This document shows, one piece after another, positions 1 to 10,600 of a DNA stretch of 64,000 nt. The number at the start of each line of letters is the position of its first letter. Positions within the stretch are counted from its first letter, which is position 1. Position numbers and translations under genes: made by a program. The notes below the pieces were generated by a model. The model was given only the letters and a program-made list of their open reading frames with translations. It made no database searches and was not told the DNA's origin. The stretch comes from Laetmonice hystrix (Eukaryota), in the NCBI GenBank assembly GCA_965235115.1, contig OZ249444.1, positions 20,522,001 through 20,586,000 of the forward strand. The letters run 5' to 3'.

Positions 1-1203
1 TGGAGCGGGGGACTTAGATGGTTTAGGGCTTACCTTACGAGCAACAGGTATATCCTCGTCGCTCAGCTCCTCCTTGTCCTGCCAAGACACCCGCCTCGAC
101 CTTGGTCGACGGGCGTCTAGGGTCCCCATCGTGACAAGCTGGTTGTGCTCAAATTCTTCGACTTTCCGTTGAGCAACAGCCAATTTTTCAGGTCGACTAT
201 TCAGTACCTGGCATGCTATATAGCTATTCTTATACCCTTTTAAGAACTTCTCCACCGCAACTTCCTCACGAGTTTCGGGGTCTAAACCAGGGTACGCCAG
301 TGCAGTTAGGTGTTGTACCTCTTCCGCGTATTCGCTGTTCGACCTGGATTCCTGCCGGAGCTGTTCCAGTCGCATCCGGGCAGTGATGGCTGGTTCTCTC
401 TCGCCCAACCTGGTCTTAAGACTTGCCTTTAGTACCAGGTAGTCTTCTTGCTGGTCGTGAGGCAGGGAGTATACAAAGCGAGCCGCTTTTGCACGAAGAC
501 ATTCGTGAAGACGGTCTAACTTGTCCCATTGGTCCCACCCGTAGCGAAGCGCCATGCGCTCAAATGGGCCAATAAATGCCTCCCAGCTGCCGTGGCTTTC
601 TCCGTCAAAAGTGGCCATTTTGGGCCTGATTGCATCTCTGGACGGGTGTACGGAAATACTCCGAGATGGGTCCATGTATGCTGGTGACGGGACTGGAGCA
701 TACACCCTGTCCCTGTGGGGTGTGGCTCCAGCGTAGGGACCACCATGCTCATTTCGCTGGTCCACTATTCTTGCCACTTGTTCTAACCCCTGGGGTGCCA
801 CATGTTGGGGTTGTTCGCGAGAAATCGGGGTGGATGTAACAGGGATTTGTTGGGTAGGCTTCGCCGGTGGCGGTTCTTTTAGAGCTTTGGCATCAGGTAG
901 TGCAGGATCTGACTCTGCTACGAGTGACTCGGGACGCAGAAGGAATCCAGCAAGCAGTTTCTCAAAGCGATCATCGCGTCTTGCTTGCTCCTGTTGCCTT
1001 ATCTCATCCCTTTTTTCTTGTCGTTCCATCCATTCTCTTTTCCATTGTTCCTCCTTTTGGCGATGTTCGTCATCTCGACGTGCTTGGTCTATTCGCCAGT
1101 GTTCCTCTCTCATGGCTCTTTCTTGATTCGTATCACGAATGGCCTTGAGAAGATCCTCCTGGCTGATGTCCATGCTTTCTTTCTTACCGTGTGGCGAAGG
1201 CAT
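1..1203 (-). CDS. Ty3/Gypsy retrotransposon Gag (3' end runs off the window)
   Basis: Open frame of 401 codons from ATG 1203 (aaaATG) to base 1 with no stop, so it is absent from the ORF track. It has an E/R/Q-rich coiled coil, then a Pro-rich linker, then a capsid-like region: KMATFDGESHGSWEAFIGPFERMALRYGW...LRQESRSNSEYAEEVQHLTALAYP...AVEKFLKG. Confidence 0.9.
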   Translation of the reverse strand, partial: MPSPHGKKESMDISQEDLLKAIRDTNQERAMREEHWRIDQARRDDEHRQKEEQWKREWMERQEKRDEIRQQEQARRDDRFEKLLAGFLLRPESLVAESDPALPDAKALKEPPPAKPTQQIPVTSTPISREQPQHVAPQGLEQVARIVDQRNEHGGPYAGATPHRDRVYAPVPSPAYMDPSRSISVHPSRDAIRPKMATFDGESHGSWEAFIGPFERMALRYGWDQWDKLDRLHECLRAKAARFVYSLPHDQQEDYLVLKASLKTRLGEREPAITARMRLEQLRQESRSNSEYAEEVQHLTALAYPGLDPETREEVAVEKFLKGYKNSYIACQVLNSRPEKLAVAQRKVEEFEHNQLVTMGTLDARRPRSRRVSWQDKEELSDEDIPVARKVSPKPSKSPAP

Positions 1204-3170
1204 TTTGACTTGTGTGTAGAGCAATGTTTAGGTATGAAGGTATACGCCAGTAGCGTGATACAAACACAATCAGCCAATCAAAAGCAAAGCAATAATTCAA
1301 TTGTAATAATTGATTTACTAGGTTAAGTCGATGTACTTCGACAAGACCTATACTTTAAAGCTTGCTTAAGTTTGTAAATTATCCACTAGAATTCGGAAAC
1401 ACTGTACTGTATTCCGCTGTGAAATCACTAAGTATAGACGGTGAACACCGATAGTAATTACTTTGTGTGAAGTTCACATTAATTCATTAATGTCTCAAAA
1501 TCCTAAGTATGGGCAAGTAGGATGGACATGGTGGATAAGGAGGGTGAACGTGTGTATCTTCAAGTTGTATGTGACTCAGTATGATGTACCTGTCTACAAG
1601 TTGATTATTGATACAAGTCACGTGTAAGGTAATGAAATAATCTTAATCATTTCAGTATACCTGTTTACTTGATGTTATTCGGTCTCACCGAGAAACTAAG
1701 TTCATGTACTAGAACTAGCAATCAAGTAAAAGAATTATTTAAAGTCCTTTAGACTTATCGGAAACTGCCGATAATGTATTCTGCCAAGTCGTTATTAGCT
1801 TGCAACTCAATGGTAGGAGAAGAAGCTCCGACAAAAACAACTCGGAAATTAATTAATGACTAACGAGTAATCTCATGTCATTATTTCTCAATACCTGAAT
1901 TTGTTAAAGTGTCAATTTGACCTACTCGGGAGAACCGAGAAGTAAGTCAATGAACTTCTAAGTTGTTTTTATTTCAGGTACTGACTAAGTTTAAGTTTAA
2001 ATCTGGGCCATGTAGTTCAACCCAGAAATAATTAATTATTTAACCAAATAATAATACTTGTATAATTAATTACAAGTGAGGACAGGTCTGTTAGGAGGGT
2101 AAGGGTAGGCTGTGTACAATACTTGACCTCTTATCAACAATTGTAATCGACTGAGTCGGTATACAATTAAATAATTGTCAAGATTGTCACCCCTAGTAAC
2201 AGAAAACTGAAGTTGTATTCCACTACAGCTGATAAGCTGATCACCGCGGAGGTGTGCTTATTCACCTAACATCATTTGCCATCTTGGTTGGTAAACACGA
2301 ATTATTCGTAAATCCAAATACATAAGGTGGCTGTATCCGCCAGTGATCGTTACCTTAGTCTAGGGTGGTGTGCTAATTTAATTCCCGACCTTATAGGTAA
2401 CGTGTTTACGAGTATTCCTCGATTATTATTTGCTGTCGACTTCGTTTGAGCGGTATTGCCCGAAGTCTTGAGTGCCACCTGGTGGCTACCAGCTTTTAAT
2501 TATTCACAGGTGCGCGTTCTCGAATCGACGCGCCCCCTGGCGCCTTACCGTGTCATTAGTAGTGGCCCGTGTTCTATGACACGACCCGGTCACCGGTTGC
2601 CATGCAACGCAATGCCACTGATCAGTGCAGGCGTTTGACAGAGCGCCGGCTTGGTTCGGTCTTACCTGGCCAACGTATGAGTCGAGTACCTCCTTACAAC
2701 AATGCTACCTGTATTACTATTAGTACACATGCACCGCTGTATGCCTTTGTTACCGATCTCACGTGCTCAGTGCACAAAAGTTAGCCCGGCGCACCGGCAG
2801 TCAATTTATTATACACATACGTAGTAATGCGGTATTGCTATTTGGCGGCACTTTTGAGCGACTTTTACTGCCGACTTTGATCATTACCTTTTACATGCAT
2901 TAAATGACGGTCACTAGCCGTTTACTCTAGGCAAAGATCTCAAACCGACTGTACTGTCGTGTAGGCCTATGGCACAATTGTACTCGTTTTACGAATTATG
3001 CCTACACATTGACTATGAGGAAAAAGGGGAGTCTGGAACTTTCACCTATACTGGTGAACTCCTCCCCTCCCTTAATCGAAAGAATCGAAAAAGTCCTCTT
3101 TTAGCACTCAATTTTAACTGTGTACAATTACGGTCTTTACGTTTGCTGTATAGGTCATATGCCAGTCTTT

Positions 3171-3183
3171 ACTTCTGACACCA
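3171..3183 (-). promoter_or_regulatory. Primer binding site, tRNA-Leu
   Basis: Minus strand TGGTGTCAGAAGT, 2 nt after the LTR end CAACA. It is complementary to the 3' end (ACTTCTGACACCA) of metazoan tRNA-Leu(CAA). Confidence 0.85.
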
Positions 3184-3185
3184 TT

Positions 3186-3835
3186 TGTTGTGAACTGGGT
3201 TTTCTGCCTACCTATTTGGTCGGCCCTGACCGTCGGTAACGCACCGACGGTGGTTTCAGGGCGGCCGGCGGCTGTGGGCTACCGCGCTAGCTGACCGAAT
3301 CAATGCAAATAGTAGACTCTATATGACCGTATTTGAATTAACAACTGCTTACCGCTGGTGGGGGAGAGCTCCCGTGAAGTGCCTCAGCGTATGTGGGGCC
3401 AACAGAGGCTGTCTCTGCAGCTGACGGGTCCACCTCCATGGCGGAGGCCATGGTGGTCCTCGATATAGGCCTAGGCCTAACCACGGCAGGGCCGTATATT
3501 TGCGTGTAGAGTCTAATAAAGATAATCCAACGGCTACAGCCGTCTATGGCCTAGTAAAGGCCGCTATATGGTTTCCTAGAGAGCTCTATTCAATTGGTGA
3601 CGGTTCACCGGACGACGTACTAACGACCTGCGGGAGCTTTGTATGGGCCCCGCAAGTCATATCACGTACATCAATCCAAACTGCCGGTTTTAGCGGGAAC
3701 CCTGCATACTTATAGGAGACCCCCAACGTGGCCTGCGTCGTCGCCCGACGCCGCTAGATGGCGTTACCTCCGAGCCAGGTCGGATGTGTTACCAGTTACG
3801 CCACTAGGGGTCTCTCTAATCACACTTTCACAACA
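3186..3835 (-). repeat. 5' LTR (650 bp)
   Basis: Bounded by a perfect 9-bp inverted repeat TGTTGTGAA (3186-3194) ... TTCACAACA (3827-3835), giving TG...CA ends. It lies directly next to the PBS. Confidence 0.85.
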
Positions 3836-4130
3836 ATAACAATGCCTTATGCTTGGTTTACACGTTCTCCACGTTCTCCACGTCTAGAAGTGTCTAAAAT
3901 GGCCATTGTAAATGACATGGCCTTCTTGACTGAACGACAGAACCAAGAAGTGAAGGTAAACTGGACTGAATACAATACTAATTTCTCTGAGAAAGAAGAA
4001 CAAACAATAACAGGGTTAATTCCAATTCTTCCAGCGCCTTCTCACGACATGAATATGTTAAGCACTGTGGTCCACCGCACTATTAATATTCCCAGTGTCA
4101 TTCACAAGGGAGGCCGATCAGAAAAGCAAT
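3836..4130 (+). pseudogene. Fragment of an uncharacterised transposase-like ORF, interrupted by the LTR element
   Basis: NDMAFLTERQNQEVKVNWTEYNTNF...TITGLIPILPAPSHDMNMLSTVVHRTINI resembles, from memory, the WxxFN...TxxGYxPIxxAPAHDxDTLxTVVxR block of uncharacterised transposase-like proteins of marine invertebrates. Not confirmed by search. Confidence 0.45.
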
Positions 4131-4621
4131 TCATGATTGTTTGCATTTAAAGCTCATGAATGTTCTTGAATGAGAGTTTTAGAGGTAGGTAGGCCTATAG
4201 GCCTAAAAATGTAAAGACAAGAAAATAAACAATCAAGTCAACTAAAATAGGCCTACGATATTTAGTAGAAAGAAAGAAAGTTAATTTTTATATGGAACGC
4301 CCAGCCCACCATGGCAGAAAAAGGAAGGACGCGCTTGTAGGTATTTACTTTTGCAGACGTTTATAGGCGGCGCTGAAGTCGATCCATCTGAAGCGACATC
4401 TGGTGAGACACAAAAGCACTGATCGAGCTGGCTGGTTCCCGACTCCCTCGCCAGGTGGCTGACCACAGAGCCACCTAGCGGGGAAGCTGGGAACCAGCTG
4501 AGATCTCGATGTAACATGCATTTTGGTTGGTCTATCAGGGAAACTTCCATCCAATCAATGAGCTCTGTGTATCTGAAAGCAGACGCGCACGCTCAGTAGG
4601 TTTGTTATCATCCGGAGGAAA

Positions 4622-7600
4622 ATGGACGTAGCTCAGACAGGTGTGTAAGTGGTTCATTATAAAACGAGAGGTAACAACTGATGCTGGTATCGTGAAAACA
4701 CAAGTACAGTGGTTTAGTGCGTACAGGATGTTCCTTGTAAAGGTTGGCTTTAGCATGGCACGATTCCTCAGATTTATTGTCCGTGAAAACGGAACGGTAC
4801 GGTAGGTCTGTACGGTCTGTGTTCTACTAACGTTAAGTTAGTTACAGTGACACTGACACTGACAGTGACAGTGTGTAGTGTTGACTGTTGTATGTCTTGG
4901 GCCTAGCTGGGCCCTGGCCTACAATTACAAATGAACTATGAATGATGATGAACATGAAGTTATGAACTGTGACTGTAGACCCTCAGTCACTGGATTTGGT
5001 TATTTTGGATGTGCTGGACACCAAGCAGCTGCAACTTTGCCATCTCATGGGATGCAAAAGTCGAAATAATGTTATAACTTATAGATCTATGTGAATGTCA
5101 CGAATAATGCAGGGTCACTCTGATTGAATCTGATTAGCAGTAGCACTCTGAGAACTTGAGAATCAGTTGAGTTGAGGTGAGTAACGTGTTAGAGACACAG
5201 TCACAGAGTCATACAGTGACAGTGACTCACTGTCCCCCTGCCAGGAGGGGGCAGGTGGTAGGGGGGCAGGGTCACAGCAGGTTCCGGCCGCAGACAGCAA
5301 ACGGCCGCCGAGAGGCAATAACCTATGGACGATCGGGCGTAGCATGCGACGGCTCTGCCGGTGGAGCCGCCCGCGGGACTAAAACCGCCTAGGCCCTGGT
5401 CGAGTAATTCAGAGAGAGAGAGAAAGAGAATAAGCCATTTCGGAGTTACGAGTGCGCATGCTCGGCGATTCGACCTTGACCAAGGTCACGACTGACAGAA
5501 CCCAAACAAACGGCCAGGGAAGCATGTTCAACGAGTGTCAATCCTACTTTATCCTACTCATTCGCGCATTTCATCAAAATTTATCGGGCCCAATCACTAA
5601 AAATATTTTTCATAGCGGTAGAACATATTAACCTTTAGGCATGGCAAATTTGATAATGATTTATTGCTAAGTTTATTAAATATGACTTTGGATACACTGA
5701 CTGTCTCCCGGCAGCCACGCATGACCGACCTGCGAGCCGGTCGCGGCGGGGAGCAAGTGAGCTCAGGTCCGTCAACACGACCCCGCTCTCCTCCGCCCTG
5801 CCTTCTGTCAGTGCCCAGGCTCGCCCTGTCTCGTCTTTTTGTCATTTCATAGGCCTACTGTTTTCGAGTCTTGGCAAACTCTGCTCCAAAATGTATGAAA
5901 TTTATGGCTGAAATCGGCTGCGGGAGGGTGGGGCCGAGCATCGCGGGCAAGCTTTGCGCGGGGAGAAAGGCATGGACCTAACGCCGACGACTACCGAGCT
6001 CCTAACCGCACACCCGCCCGGGCCCGCCGTGCGCCAAAGCCCAAGGTAGGCCTATGCCTGTGGCTTCACTCACTGTCGGTCTGAGGCGGGCGAGGTACCC
6101 CTTTCCAATTGAAAAAAAAACGGAACCTAGCAGACACAAAAACGGGATAAACAATTGATAATCCTAAATCTTCGTCCAACCATCCATGATTCAACTCATT
6201 GTTCGGATCTAGGCCTAACATTTTAATGCAATGACCATGCAGAGTCGACAGTTGACAGCTCAAGGAAAGCCTCTCCTCTTATCGCGTCATGACAATCGGT
6301 ACTTTCTCTACTGCTGCTGGATTAACTTAGCGCAGAAAATTCTTTCTTCCGTCTCAGACTGTCAGTTAGACCTCTCCTTCAACAATATGACATCAAATCT
6401 TCCACCTTCAATCTCTCAAAATCCTCTAACTTGCAAGTTTCTCCGTCGATCTTCAAATTCACCTCTGCCATCTTACCTTATTCAGGCATACCAGCGGTGA
6501 CCACGTGCGTATGTTTGGGTTCTAAACCTAAATCCCAATCCCACAATGCACCGCGCCAGCTGAGATACCGAAATGGCTTATGGAATAAATAGAGTTGGCA
6601 GCCGTTTGTTGTTGGCGGCCGGTTGCTGTTGGCGACTGGATCCTGTATACACCGGGGGCAGTCCTAGACCTAGGGGAAAATAGTGGCGAAAATTCAGGCA
6701 AAGCAAACAGAGAAAAAATTGGACAGAAATTTCCAGCAAATCAACCCTTGCCTCTGCCCCCATTAACCAAAGTCCCCCATATGCCCATTTTATTTTTAGC
6801 ACCTATTTTTACAAAAAAGGGGATGAAAGTAGGCGGCAGAGGTTTTGGGAAACAGACGGCCAAGTGTAATCTTTTCATATTAAAGTCAAATCTGCCAAAT
6901 TTTGCCCCAAAAAGGTACTGTCTCTGCCATGCTTACTCATGAGAGATTAAATTGCATGGTTACAGTGCTTTGAGTTTCATGGGTCACTGGGGGATCACCT
7001 GACACCAAATCAAATGCAGGCTTTCCGATCGTAGGGGTACATTCCGGCAGCGGTAGGCCTACACTCCGATATACCTGCCAGACTGTGAAAGCTAGACTGG
7101 CTCGCTCGTCACCTCGTGGTCTCGCCCTCCGCCTCCGCTCAGGCTCAGCTTGGCCGCAGGCGCAGGGCAGACATTCCTCAAACTCTAGGCCTAAACACTA
7201 ACCTAAACCCATAACTAAGCCTAAATCCGAAAGAAAAAGCCCCTAATCCATAAACGAATTCATGCCAGGCAAAATAATGATAGAAAAAGATAAATCCCTA
7301 GGGAGGTTCGAACCGGCGTCCTATTGATTCAAGCGTGAGGAATGTCTGTGTTGTGCAACGTGGGACTGGTACCCTGCCGTTTACTCGCCTTGGAGCTGGG
7401 GACCAGAGCAAGTTCCGTGCTCGTCCAATCAGCTGCTGTGATATGACAGATACATCATGGCTGTCTTCCTCTGAACTACCTGAACCAACTGTCCCCTCTC
7501 TAGGGCTAAATTGCTGACAATCCAATTTACACCCCTAATTAAAAATACCCTACAATTTTACAAAATGCAGGGGGCAAAACAGGCGCTCTGCAAGGTGTCT

Positions 7601-10600
7601 AAACGACAAGTGGGGAGTGGAGCAAGTTCTGTCTATATGTCATTATGTGATGTCCATGAGAATAATTAGGCCTACCTCTATCTGTAAAACCTTTGAGATA
7701 TTATTTAACTCAGGGGATTTGACACTATCTAGGTTGGTGTAATTAATGCGTTGTTTTTTACGTCAGTGACTCAAAGCCAGATATATACGGACCCAGGCTG
7801 CGAATTTAGCAGGATTCCGTGCTTCCAAGGATCCCAGATTTTGGTCCGGAAGCATAAGTCCGGAAGACAAAAATCCATGATTCTATGATTCTTTTGGAAT
7901 CCTAACTTTGTAGGAGCTCAGTAGGACATATTTTTTGGTGACAAACGATCTTCAACAGTCAGTCTCCTGAGCGACATTAGGAACAAGCGATATTAGGAAC
8001 ATTACTGGCATGGCAATCTGCAGTAAATCACGCCAGCTACAGGCGACGGTGACTGATTCCATTGGCAGTGATGGCCGATTCCTAACGCCCGACGCCCGGG
8101 GCAAGTTGATTGCATGGTCAGGCAAGTCCAACAGACCAAAGACAATAGCCCGATGGCTAATGTTCTGATCCAACATAGACTTAATAACAAGTATAGAGGG
8201 CATAAGTGGAATTTTGTAGTCCACTTGTCCTGTGACAAGTGATTAATTTTAGAAAATTGGTCACCCCTGATTAGCTAAAAAAAAAGGGGTATTTTGCCAT
8301 ATCTGCGAGTCTGTCCATTATCTAAGCATGTTCATAAAACGAACCGCCAACGATTTCATTTGAAAGTTACCAGCCAACATGTACAGTCATGCAGGCTAGT
8401 ATCTTAGCGTTTTGTCCAGGAGGATCGTCTGTTCCTCAGAAGAAACAGAAGGCAGAGAGCCAGGAAAGGGGCCTAGAGAGGGTGAAAGATCGTTTGTATG
8501 ATCTAAACAAATGTGAACGGGATTGGCAGCCTAGTCGGCTTTCAGGTCGACCATGGATCAGTGTAAATAAAAGCAGAACTTTGTGGTAATTTTTTTTCAA
8601 TAATTGAAAAAATAGGCAGAATCCCAGAAGCTGAGGCGGAATCCTAAAATTTCTGGATGGATCCACTTTTCGGATTCCGCCGGAATCCCAAAAAATGTTC
8701 CCTAAATTCATTCCCTGCAGACCAGTACGGACCAGTATACCTCCCGATGTGCACTGGTCCATAAAAGCGATTACTACCCTATTCTCCGTTTTGACCCCTA
8801 AAATGGCTACAAAAATAAAAGGAACGCTAGCCTAGCCCTAGGCCAGACCCTAATTTGACCCTTTCGAGACGGGCCCCTTGTGGCCGAGACGTGCACTAGT
8901 GACGACGTAACAATTGCGTGAATGTGCCGTAAGGACGGGCCATAGGGCACGCAATTCTCGTGTTCTAGATATGCAAATGAGCTGAAATAACCTCGAAATG
9001 CGTCCCTCTGGCACCTAAACGATTGTTACGTCACAATTCCCCCATTGGTTTAACACAGGATGAGAAAACACACTTTCAAACATCGACCAGATTTTTGATA
9101 ATTTTGACATCTAAACCATGAAACGTATTTTTTCATACGTACAACAGGTTGGTGCTCTTGTTTTGTAAGGTACAACTTTGAATGCGCCCTAGCAATGAAA
9201 TGATAATATTTAGAAGTTGACAGCTGCCGGCTCCTATATATGGATTCACAGTACTAAAGTGACGAGGCTACGATCGCGTGGGTGCCAAACGTCACAGTTC
9301 TCGAGATTTCTTGTGCTGTGTCGTGACCTACTTGCGGCCCCTATTCTGGGCAGCCACATGTGATAACGGATTGCCTTCCATGCTTCCAATCACTGTCATC
9401 CCCAGAAAAATGATTCATGTTTTAGACTAAAGTAGGGAATTGAGTCTAGAGTTGGTCTAAGTCCAGCGCAGCTAGCACTCAATTGTGTCGTTACGTCACA
9501 GCACTGCCCTGTCGCTCTATACACAATGGGCTCTGACATAAGTCAAATGATGCCTCAAGGCATCATCCGGCCCCCACCCGGGAATGCCTCAGGGCATTAT
9601 CCGGCCCCCGCCCGGGAATGCCTCAGGGCATCATCCGGCCCCCGCCCGGGAATGCCTCAAAGCATCACCCGTCCTTAATGGGTTAAGGCCTAGATTTGTA
9701 GCCCTAAGTGGCCTAACCCACACAGTTTGTTTGGATTCGGGAAGCTAGGCCTAGTCACCTAACAAAATCTTATGCCATTTCTCTCTCTGTAACTCTGTTG
9801 TTGCAGTGAAGATGGCGTTAGATGCTGACACAGAGAATAAAACCACCATTTCTCTCTCTCTCTAAACCTGTGGCAATCCACCATTTTTCGCTATCTCTAA
9901 ACCTGTCGCAACCTGGCTTGAGCCCCCTAAAAGGTCAGTGACAGAGCTCTGACAAATGCGATCCAACTAGGCTCCTTATAAAATGTCAAATCTGCCACAT
10001 CAAAATCCCATTTTGAACCCCTTCTAAACAAATTTGCTGTATACGCCCCTGCCATCACCGCCAGGGGCAGCACCAGTCTCACGCGAACATCCGAAAGCAA
10101 AATTTCCCCCTTTTGTCACTTTGGAAGACGGGCCTAGGGATAGGCTTTGATTTTAAAAAAATTAAGCCAGAATGTTGAGAAAGCCGATGCTGCAGCTTCG
10201 GTGCAGGCAGTGTGATGAAGAAGCACAATGATTGTTTACTTTTCCACTATGAGCAAGGGTGAGCATGAGCTTATTCTCACCGTTTTCGTCTTTTTTTGGG
10301 TTGCTTTTATCCATGAGGCGTGCTCTTGGTGAGCAAGCTCGCGGAAAAACACCCCAAAAAAACAAAACTGTGAGCAAAATGGTGAGCATGAGCCTTTGCT
10401 CACCCTTGCTCAGCTCACGGTGGAAAAGTAAACAAAAAAACCAGCCCCAGAACCGGTGAGTTTGCATTCATGAACGGAGTTTGGGTTATGCAAATTGATA
10501 TCTACACCTGAAACTGTGAAAGTGTTCCTCAGATGTAAGTGTACGGTCCGTGCATTGCCAAAAGTTGGCTCCTTTCAAGCTTTATAATTTCCTGAACCTG

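Larger units (their letters stand above)
1..3835 (-). mobile_element. 5' portion of a Ty3/Gypsy LTR retrotransposon
   Basis: On the minus strand the order is LTR (3835-3186), 2-nt spacer, PBS (3183-3171), ~1.97-kb leader, gag (1203-<1). Confidence 0.9.
5276..6653 (-). mobile_element. Non-autonomous element (copy B) with subterminal inverted repeats and (GA)n tract, carrying a nested ISL2EU-like insert
   Basis: Ends CAGGTTCCGGCCGCAGACAGCAAACGGCCGCC and GGCAGCCGTTTGTTGTTGGCGGCC...GGATCCTGTATACACC match the two ends of 50091-51834 in reverse orientation. Confidence 0.7.

Noticed and set aside
4281-4756. Three overlapping minus-strand ORFs
   Set aside because: No recognisable domain; they overlap the probable ATG4 promoter and first exon.
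7305-7314. GGTTCGAACC B-box as a tRNA gene
   Set aside because: No A-box or cloverleaf can be folded; it lies inside a small inverted-repeat element.
9812-9870. aagATGGCG after an acceptor-like site as the ATG4 start
   Set aside because: The frame reaches a stop with no phase-compatible donor.
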